Shown here one piece after another: positions 54,819 to 64,000 of a stretch of 64,000 bases of DNA (positions are counted from its first letter, which is position 1; every line of letters begins with the position of its first letter). The stretch covers positions 1,798,001 to 1,862,000 of the forward strand of contig NW_024704760.1 of assembly GCF_018977255.1 (NCBI RefSeq), given 5' to 3'. The position numbers and the translations under genes are program-made. Under the pieces are notes generated by a model. That model ran no database searches, had not been told where the DNA came from, and saw only the letters and a list, made by a program, of their open reading frames with translations. Origin of the DNA: Callorhinchus milii. Taxonomy: Eukaryota.

Positions 54819-54936
54819 CTGCCCAATCCACCTTCAGTTTTGGCTTCAGTTGTGATGGTGAAAGAGTTGCTTGCAGCTGGAACATGTGCAGTTGGCATTG
54901 ACTTGGTTGTGATCTCGGGACTGGAAAATTCAGTTC
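54819..54936 (-). CDS. Receptor copy C, stalk exon
   Basis: TEFSSPEITTKSMPTAHVPAASNSFTITTEAKTEGGLG; phase 1/2. Confidence 0.8.
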
Positions 54937-55109
54937 CTTTCAAGGGAAAGAACACAATTCAGATTTGCTCAACAACTGCTCAGGAGAAAGCTTTGATACC
55001 AAACTGCACGTCAGGCTTGAGTAAGAAACAACACTTTCTCTGTGATAGTCATGGTGCTGGTCAGCAGGGAGTGTCAGTACTGATGCACTCGCCATTGATT
55101 CTCTTAATT

Positions 55110-55350
55110 TATTGCCACACCATCTCCGGGCCTTCAGGCTCTCTGTCCCCACGGTTTGGAATTCCATCTGACAGTCCCTTCACCTCACTCCCTCCATTGT
55201 CTCTTTCAAGGCACGTCTCAAGACCCTCCTCTTCGATCACGCCTTCGGTCACCCTCCTACCCTCTTCCCTCCGTGCCCTCCACACTCCCTTATCCCAACC
55301 TTCAGCTCAACCTTCCCTGACTGTTCAGTGCCTTGGGACATCGTCCCTGT
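55110..55350 (+). mobile_element. L2 LINE 3' fragment (copy C intron; duplicate at 61476-61716)
   Basis: gccttcagg...tggaattcc...ttcaaggcacgtctcaagaccctcctcttcgatcacgccttc then cagtgccttgggacatc tail. Confidence 0.7.
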
Positions 55351-55635
55351 CATGGACTGGTTAGTGGTCACCCATTTAGCGCAGCGGACAAAATAGAGTG
55401 AGTTTCTGCAGTGCGGTCAATTGCTCAGTTGAGTCGCTATCTTCTGGGTAAAACCAGCAGCTATTTTGTGCACAGCAATGTCCCACAAGCAGCCGTGACA
55501 TTTAATTGTATTTGGGGATTGTTGGCCAGGACACCAGGAGAGGTTCCCTGCTTTAAATTCAGTCAGTTCTCATATAGGTAAATAAATATACAGTAGGTGT
55601 ATTGAGCAATTCCAGTGTCTTTATAAAGGACTTAC

Positions 55636-55956
55636 CAGGAATGTTGATTGGTACTGAGCAATTGCAGGCTTCCTGTATTAGCTGTAAGACCGACTCTTCA
55701 ACCATTTCACTGGATTCAGTTCCTTTGCTATTTGAGGCTGTGCAGTAGTATTGGGGACACTGGGCGGTGGAGATGCATTGTATGTCTAGTTTGTTGCTGT
55801 GAGAGATCTCTGAAGCTTCAGCCTCTGTCTCTCTGTACCATTTATACCGAATGGGAAGGGATCCACTGATGGACTCACAGGAGATGGAGACATGACCTCC
55901 TGAACATGAGTCAGTGAGTGCTGATACAAACCTAATTACAGGCACAGACACAGACT
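55636..55956 (-). CDS. Receptor copy C, Ig C2-like exon
   Basis: 321 bp, SVSVPVIRF...ISCESISGSLPIRYKWY...YYCTASN; ag/gt intact. Confidence 0.9.
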
Positions 55957-56254
55957 CTGTGGGGAAAGAAGCAATCAGTCACAGGCCGACAGATTCCAAT
56001 TTCTGCATCCGATCCCTTTACAGGTCATCGTAGAAGAGAGAAGTCACTTTCCCTCGGAATCGGACTCGACTTATGAGCTGAATATGCGCCGAGTTTACAC
56101 ATTGTGTTAGTGAAGTGCATCAGTCACATTAAAGGGAATGGTTTAACGTACAGTCAGATGTGTGTAGCTTTCTGCAAAGGTTGTATTATCCTGGCTGGAC
56201 TGACAGCTCACAGTTTTACACATTGAAATAAGAATCAACAGTCAGGTATCTTAC

Positions 56255-56572
56255 CGTCAGATATGTGTAACTTTACAGCAACCATTGTATCAAAGCCAGG
56301 CTTATCAATCCCACAGTTATACCATCCTGCATCTCTCATGGTGAGATTCTCCATAGTTACAGTAAATACCCCGTCTCTCTTATCTGTGATTGAGAATCTT
56401 CCTCGTTGTCCGTTGACGGCTTTTGTATCAATTACATCTTCACAACTGGAGCGATAATACCCGTGACACCAATATTTCCTGTGTCCCGAGTACGTCTTTT
56501 TATCATATCGACAGTTTATTCTGATCGCTCGTCCCACAACTCCTGTTACTTTAGCTTCTGCCCATAATAGGT
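56255..56572 (-). CDS. Receptor copy C, IgV exon
   Basis: 318 bp, CRY...KYWC-x7-C...DAGWYNCG. Confidence 0.92.
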
Positions 56573-57620
56573 CTGAAACCAGAGACAAAACGTCACGAAT
56601 CAAACGAACCACAACCGCTCAACAGAAACACATCCTTCGGTAAAAGATTCCCACTGTGTACAGACTGGTGCACCACTGCTCTTATCCATACACTGTGATT
56701 GGGCTTTAAGCATCGATCACTGAGGCTGGCGCTGATGTTATTGCTGTTTGTACTGTATCAGGTCTGGGAAAGAGGAACTGACCACCACACCCGAGGCTGA
56801 TCTCTGGCGCCCCATCAAATTCTCTTTTCTTTTTCATCGTTTTCTGTTATTTAGTTTTCCCCCAAAAATATACACATTCAACCGACTTTACAGTGTATCC
56901 GGTGGAGCGCTTTGAGGCAGACGTCCCGATGACGTGATCAGGCGCGACACCGAACGCAAGGATTATTATAATCGTCGTTGGGAAAAATCTGTGAATTTCC
57001 CCCAAGGAGTTGAACAAATTCACACCATAAATACAGCGACCGTGGGTTACAGGCGTTAATTTGCTCTTTAGACAGTTTTGCAGAAATGAACAACAAATTT
57101 TTACATTTCTTCCTGTGTTACACAGGAACAGGAGGAGACCATTCAGTCCATCCGAGCCTGTTTCGCCCTTCTATTAGATTGTGGCTGATCTGTACCTCAT
57201 CTCCAAGAAAAAGGGCTTGATTTTACAATGATTTTTTTGTTGTTCTTATTGTATTTGGGACCGATCTCAAACTGGTCAAATCCTGAGAATGTTCAGTGAT
57301 AGTAACAGCGCTCAGACCAAGGTTTGCAAAGCAACGTCTAACTTGTATTTTGTCGAAAAGACTTGAAACGTTCACAAGATGCACACCTCAGGCCGGAGAT
57401 CAGAGTGTGTCCGTGAGTAACGGGAAGTCATGAAACTACCAGTTTTTTTCTTTACCGAAATCTCAATACTGTTCAGCAATTGTTGGAAAATTTTGAGAGA
57501 GAAAGAGAGGGAGAGAGAGGGAGAGGGAGAGAAAAGGAAACATTTTTAACAACAGCTTTCAAACTGGCAACCAGTTCAACCATCAGAACATCTGGCTGCT
57601 CAGCTCCGGGTGTCACTCAC

Positions 57621-57660
57621 CTGCGAGAGAAGTGAAGAGAAGAATCAAGCTGATGTCCAT
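57621..57660 (-). CDS. Receptor copy C, leader exon
   Basis: Identical to the copy A leader MDISLILLFTSLA; in-frame upstream ATG at 57702. Confidence 0.82.
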
Positions 57661-57828
57661 CAGGAGCGAAGAGACCAACGTCTGTTGTGTGGCAGCTCTC
57701 ATCGCTTCCTACTGAAAAGGCAGCTTGTGTGTTAAAGGGAAGAGGAAGTCAAGCTCACGAAAGTGCCGTTTCTTTCTATCTTTGGGTTTTAAAAAATGCA
57801 GAAAGAAAGAACAAACTTCCTTAAATTA

Positions 57829-58157
57829 GTGGAGTCCTGTAGCTCAGTGGTTAGAGCACTCGCTTTGCAAGTGAGAGACCTGAGTTCAATCCCCGGCAGG
57901 TGAGGGCCAAACCTCAGGCAAGTTTCCTTACTCCACACAGAGCCTAATAATAATCCCTCCAAAACCAAAAACAATAATAAATTGGTCATTTTCAATCCAC
58001 GACTGTTTGTGGGACATTGCTGTGCGCAATTGGCTGCCGCGTTCGCCCACAAATATACAGTCAATTCAGATTATAGTGTGTTCTGTGAAGCGCTTTGGGA
58101 AGTCCTCCCGACGTGAAAAGCGCTATATCAAATGCAAGGATTATTAGTATTATTATT
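57829..58157 (+). mobile_element. tRNA-derived SINE (family B), full length
   Basis: gtggagtcctgtagctcagtggttagagcactcgctttgcaagtgag head, B box, body and tail. Confidence 0.85.
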
Positions 58158-60486
58158 AACAATTTGCAATGACCTGATGAAGATCACTCAACGACCAAGG
58201 GTCACCCAAAGTTTGATCCCCTCCCCTGCCACCAACACACGTGTGCACACACTAAGACAAGCACACATATTAATATACATACATAAACATATACATATAC
58301 TTACATAAACAAAGATAATAATAAGAATCCTTGCATTTATATACAGTCCCACCCATTTCTGTCAAACTCAATTATGTTGAAATCCCACATATATTGACAA
58401 CACAGGGAAGTTCTGGTTTCTTCTCTGCGTATCATTATGAAAAACATAGTGTCTGTCGACATGCAAATAAATTGCGTCACACTTACAGCCACAAACTCTT
58501 TGAGTCCCTGACAGTTTTCAAGACTTTTTTTTTAATCATGTTAACAGGCCCTTTTCCTCATGTGTGACATGTGAGTGAGTGTGACACATGTTAGGCTTCT
58601 AAATAAGATGTGTTGCATGTGCTGATCATAGTCTATAGTCTATTGTCAGGGTCTATACAATACTGAGGTTGGGTTAGGCACAGGAATAACATAGTGATAA
58701 GACGCTATACCAAATGCAAAGATTAGTATTATTATTATAAGCTCATGGGTAAAATAATAATAATCCTTGCATTTGATACAGAGCCTTATCACATCCTTGA
58801 GACGTCTCAAAGCGCTTCACAGGATACACTGTAAAGTGAATTGACTGTATGTTTTGTGGGCGAAACGCGGCAGCCAATTGCACACGGCAGCGTCCCACAG
58901 GCAGTCGTGGATTGAGTGAGCAAATGATTATTATTTAGAAGGGATTGTTACCCCTGGAAAAGTGATCCGCCAATCGATTAAAAGGCTGATAATTAACATT
59001 TGATGAAGAAACTGACTCAGAGATGGGAATAGGGTAAGATATGTTACTTTGGGAGCAGCCGGATGGACATGTGCAAATACACAGCCATTGATTCAGGTGT
59101 CGTTGTATCTTTTTATTATATGGAATTCATAGAAAAGACATTCAAGGTTTTCATGAACGATTCAGTAGAACAAACATTAATTTTTGTTTAAGAATAATAT
59201 CAACATTGAGGAATATCGAAGCGGCGGCTGTGTCTGTTTGGCACAGTTAGTAACATCCTGGAGGGAGCTGCGTTTCCAGAAGTGTCGTCGTCCTTCAGAT
59301 AAGGACATTAAGCCGAGGTCTCATCTACTTGTTCAGCTGAACGTCAAAGGCTCTGTGATCTTTCCATTAAGAGAAGACAGTTTCTCTCCGTGTCCTGGTC
59401 AACGATTCTCCAGCTATTTACCAGCCGATGCCTGTGTGTGGGACCTTGATGTGCATGTAATGACTGCTGCGTTGCACACCTCAAAGTAAAGTGCTTTGAG
59501 ACGTTTTGATAATGAGCCATAATGAGCTATAAACATTGCAAATCCACGTGATCCGGATTTCTCACCGACCAGGTCGGATGCCCAGTGAGGATCTTATGGT
59601 GTTGCTCGGGTTCAGCTGAAAAAACAAATAATTAATCCAGAGATTTTATTGATGTGACTGTGTATCAAAAGGGCATTTTACTTATCAGTTTACGAGTGTG
59701 TTTTATTTTACTGATATTTCTGAATTTCTCAGAAAAAGTACCAACCTCCTCCACAGGGTGTAACTGAGCAAAACCACAGAACAAAACAGTCAGTCTTAAA
59801 AGAGACAGTATCCGCGTGTGCCAAACACCATCATTTTCCTCCGTTCTGACTGTAACCTTAATGCAAGAACGATCAGATATTGGGCTTTGGCTGCGGATTA
59901 GACTTTTGCTGTTGACGTTTTAGAGAAAAGTCTAAATGCAAATTAGAGATCCGAAACTCAACATAACCGGGGTTTATGGACCAGCAATCGTCTAATCTGG
60001 AGGTCCTACTGTTGGGCTCAGGGATGTCTTCTGTAGGATATTGCTTGAAGGCGTGAGTGATAATCAGGAGAGAGACAATCAGAAGAAGACAGGATGTATA
60101 AAAGGACACTGAGAGTGCGACACACATGTGGGTTGGAGTTTTGTGAGTTGAGAATAAAGTGTGAAGCTTTTGAAAAGTGATGTGTTTGAGGAAAGAGGAT
60201 TGAGGCGCTCACTTTCTCCTGACGATTTTTAAGAGAATAATGGAGGAACCGTTGGGAAATATCCAGGGTGACATTTGTGTTCTGTGTGTTGGGCCCCGAG
60301 CCAATCGCCCCGACACGGTTCTCAGTCAAGGTTACAACAACAACAAGTTATATTTGTAAAGCGCTTCTCACGTTGGGAGGATGTCCCAAGGCACTGGAGA
60401 GTCAATGATTTTTAACAACACACACACAAGATGGAGGGTCAGAAATTGTGACTGTGATGTGATAATCATCACTCGTCCATTCCTAC

Positions 60487-60560
60487 CTGTGTTGTTGACC
60501 TTTAGTTGCCATGATGGTGGCTTGTGTGACAGTGAACAGTAACCAATGTACATTAACGTA
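60487..60560 (-). other. Chimeric TM-less exon-like segment replacing the TM exon of copy D
   Basis: Uses the TM-exon pyrimidine tract with ctcag|; remainder resembles the 3' half of a stalk exon plus its gtagga donor. Confidence 0.5.
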
Positions 60561-61184
60561 CTGAGCAGAGAACAGGAAGTGGGAACGCTTTTCGAGAAGC
60601 GCCCAACTCTTTGCCAAGTTTGTGAAATATAACACAATGAGGAGGGCTCGTTTTGCAACTTTCAAACCTTAATGTCAGAATGGCTGGTGAGAATCTTTTG
60701 TGTTTTTTGGGGGGGCAGCCACGTGTCTGACACATGCGGAAACCCAGCACCGTGTTTAAGGGTATCCAAACCAGGCTGAGAGAATGCCACCTACACATGG
60801 AAATGTCCCTGTGGGAGCAATGGAACGTGCACTCTCTCTGTCTGTCTCTGGTGTGACCCACCCTGTTTATCCAGTTCCAGAGATTATTAGCTGCCGGTTG
60901 GCGAGAGACGAGGTCTGTGGACCCCAATGGGATAAGTGTTGGAGTTTAATCAGCTAAAAGTGCATAATTTACCATTGAAAGATTGAAAAGTAGTTTTCCC
61001 ACTGTTTCTCCAGTTAGGATCACCCTATCCATCAGATGGTTGGTTTAGCACCACCATATTCATTAGTTTACAGGGTTAAAAGTAGAGGAATGAGACGAAT
61101 CCATATTCTCAGTGATCGGTTTGCCCCTTCCAGACCCGCTGACATGTCGGGGTTTGACACATGAGGTGATAATTCCATTCCTAC

Positions 61185-61302
61185 CTGCCCAATCCACCTT
61201 CAGTTTTGGCTTCAGTTGTGATGGTGAAAGAGTTGCTTGCAGCTGGAACATGTGCAGTTGGCATTGACTTGGTTTTGATCTTGGGACTGGAAAATTCAGA
61301 TC
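61185..61302 (-). CDS. Receptor copy D, stalk exon
   Basis: 118 bp, paralog of copy C at offset 6366. Confidence 0.7.
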
Positions 61303-62001
61303 CTTTCAAGGGAAAGAACACAATTCAGATTTGCTCAACAACTGCTCAGGAGAAAGCTTTGATACCAAACTGCACGTCAGGCTTGAGTAAGAAACAACAC
61401 TTTCTCTGTGATAGTCATGGTGCTGGTCAGCAGGGAGTGTCAGTACTGATGCACTCGCCATTGATTCTCTTAATTTATTGCCACACCATCTCTGGGCCTT
61501 CAGGCTCTCTGTCCCCACGGTTTGGAATTCCACCTGACAGTCCCTTCGCCTCACTCCCTCCCTTGAGTCTTTCAAGGCACGTCTCAAGACCCTCCTCTTC
61601 GATCACGCCTTCGGTCACCCTCCTACCCTCTTCCCTCCGTGCCCTCCACACTCCCTTATCCCAACCTTCAGCTCAACCTTCCCTGACTGTTCAGTGCCTT
61701 GGGACATCCTCCCTGTCATGGACTGGTTAGTGGTCACCCATTTAGTGCAGCGGACAAAATAGAGTGAGTTTCTTCAGTGCGGACAATTGCTCAGTTGATT
61801 CGCTATCTTCTGGGTAAAACCAGCAGCTATTTTGTGCACAGCAATGTCCCACAAGCAGCCGTGACATTTAATTGTATTTGGGGATTGTTGGCCAGGACAC
61901 CAGGAGAGGTTCCCTGCTTTAAATTCAGTCAGTTCTCATATAGGCAAATAAATATACAGTAGGTGTATTGAGCAATTCCAGTGTCTTTATAAAGGACTTT
62001 C

Positions 62002-62322
62002 CATGAATGTTGATTGGTACTGAGCAATTGCAGGCTTCCTGTATTAGCTGTAAGACCGACTCTTCAACCATTTCACTGGATTCAGTTCCTTTGCTATTTG
62101 AGGCTGTGCAGTAGTATTGGGGACACTGGGCGGTGGAGATGCATTGTATGTCTAGTTTGTTGCTGTGAGAGATCTCTGAAGCTTCAGCCTCTGTCTCTCT
62201 GTACCATTTATACCGAATGGGAAGGGATCCACTGATGGACTCACAGGAGATGGAGACATGACCTCCTGAACATGAGTCAGTGAGTGCTGATACAAACCTA
62301 ATTACAGGCACAGACACAGACT
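62002..62322 (-). CDS. Receptor copy D, Ig C2-like exon with mutated donor (GT>GA)
   Basis: Identical to copy C except the last full codon (P>H); donor reads gaaagt instead of gtaagt. Confidence 0.75.
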
Positions 62323-62620
62323 CTGTGGGGAAAGAAGCAATCAGTCACAGGCCGACAGATTCCAATTTCTGCATCCGATCCCTTTACAGGTCATCGTAGA
62401 AGAGAGAAGTCACTTTTCCTCGGAATCGGACTCGACTTATGAGCTGAATATGCGCCGAGTTTACACATTGTGTTAGTGAAGTGCATCAGTCACATTAAAG
62501 GGAATGGTTTAACGTACAGTCAGATGTGTGTAGCTTTCTGCAAAGGTTGTATTATCCTGGCTGGACTGACAGCTCACAGTTTTACACATTGAAATAAGAA
62601 TCAACAGTCAGGTATCTTAC

Positions 62621-62938
62621 CGTCAGATATGTGTACCTTTACAGCAACCATTGTATCTCTGCCAAACTGATCAATCCCACAGTTATACCATCCTGCATCT
62701 CTCATGGTGAGATTCTCCATAGTTACAGTAAATACCCCGTCTCTCTTATCTGTGATTGAGAATCTTCCTCGTTGTCCGTTGACGGCTTTTGTATCAATTA
62801 CATCTTCACAACTGGAGCGATAATACCCGCGACACCAATATTTTGTGTGTCCCGAGTACTTCTGTTCATCATATCGACAGTTTATTCTGATCGCTCGTCC
62901 CACAACTCCTGTTACTTCAGCTTCTGCCCATAATAGGT
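62621..62938 (-). CDS. Receptor copy D, IgV exon
   Basis: 318 bp, open, 10 aa different from copy C. Confidence 0.9.
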
Positions 62939-63990
62939 CTGAAACCAGAGACAAAACGTCACGAATCAAACGAACCATAACCGCTCAACACAAACACATC
63001 CTTCGGTAAAAGATTCCCACTGTGTACAGACTGGTGCACCACTGCTCTTATCCATACACTGTGATTGGGGTTTAAGCATCGATCACTGAGGCTGGCGCTG
63101 ATGTTATTGCTGTTTGTACTGTATCAGGTCTGGGAAAGAGGAACTGACCACCACACCCGAGGCTGATCTCTGGCGCCCCATCAAATTCTCTTTTCTTTTT
63201 CATCGTTTTCTGTTATTTAGTTTTCCCCCAAAAATATACACATTCAACCGACTTTACAGTGTATCCGGTGGAGCGCTTTGAGGCAGACGTCCCGATGACG
63301 TGATCAGGCGCTATACCGAACGCAAGGATTATTATAATCGTCGTTGGGAAAAATCTGTGAATTTCCCCCAAGGAGTTGAACAAATTCACACCATAAATAC
63401 AGCGACCGTGGGTTACAGGCGTTAATTTGCTCTTTAGACAGTTTTGCAGAAATGAACAACAAATTTTTACATTTCTTCCTGTGTTACACAGGAACAGGAG
63501 GAGACCATTCAGTCCATCCGAGCCTGTTTCGCCCTTCTATTAGATCGTGGCTGATCTGTACCTCATCTCCAAAAAAAGGGTTGATTTTACAATGACGATT
63601 TTTTGTTGTTCTCATTGTATTTGGGACCGATCTCAAACTGGTCAAATCCTGAGAATGTTCAGTGATAGTAACAGCGCTCAGACCAAGGTTTGCAAAGCAA
63701 CGTCTAACTTGTATTTTGTCAAAAAGACTTGAAACGTTCACAAGATGCACACCTCAGGCCGGAGATCAGAGTGTGTCCGTGAGTAACGGGAAGTCATGAA
63801 ACTACCAGTTTTTTTCTTTACCGAAATCTCAATACTGTTCAGCAATTGTTGGAAAATTTTGAGAGAGAAAGAGAGGGAGAGATAGAGAGAGATAGGGAGA
63901 GAAAAGGAAACATTTTTAACAACAGCTTTCAAACTGGCAACCAGTTCAACCATCAGAACATCTGGCTGCTCAGCTCCGGGTGTCACTCAC

Positions 63991-64000
63991 CTGCGAGAGA
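63991..64000 (-). CDS. Receptor copy D, 3' end of leader exon (cut by window edge)
   Basis: tctctcgcag|gtgagt identical to the copy A and C leader ends. Confidence 0.75.

Noticed and set aside
54840-55364. 174-aa plus-strand ORF (duplicate at 61206-61730)
   Set aside because: Antisense to the stalk exon plus an L2 fragment; repeated only because of the duplication

Overview
Eukaryotic vertebrate genomic DNA, not prokaryotic. The repeat content (tRNA-headed and Deu-domain SINEs, L2 and CR1 LINE ends) points to a cartilaginous fish; this is an inference. The window has three parts. (1) 22-3649: the last five exons of an unidentified coiled-coil gene (+). (2) 7322-39060: an intact cone transducin gene GNAT2 (+, 8 coding exons, 354 aa) lying tail-to-tail with an intact GNAI3 (-, 8 coding exons, 354 aa), the classic GNAT/GNAI pair. 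(3) 41.7-64 kb, directly beyond the GNAI3 CpG-island promoter: a rapidly evolving cluster of CD300/pIgR/MDIR-like immune receptor genes. Copy A (+) is an intact V-C2-stalk-TM receptor with 2 ITIM and 2 ITSM motifs. Copy B (+) is an apparently Ig-less mucin-TM-ITIM gene whose stop codon comes from a SINE. Copy C (-) is an inverted duplicate of A with a 1-nt tail frameshift. Copy D (-) is a tandem duplicate of C with a dead splice donor and no TM exon. The C and D V exons differ at 14 nt, all in amino-acid-changing codons, while adjacent DNA is nearly identical. Exon coordinates were derived by hand from GT/AG sites and reading phase. Repeat coordinates are approximate.
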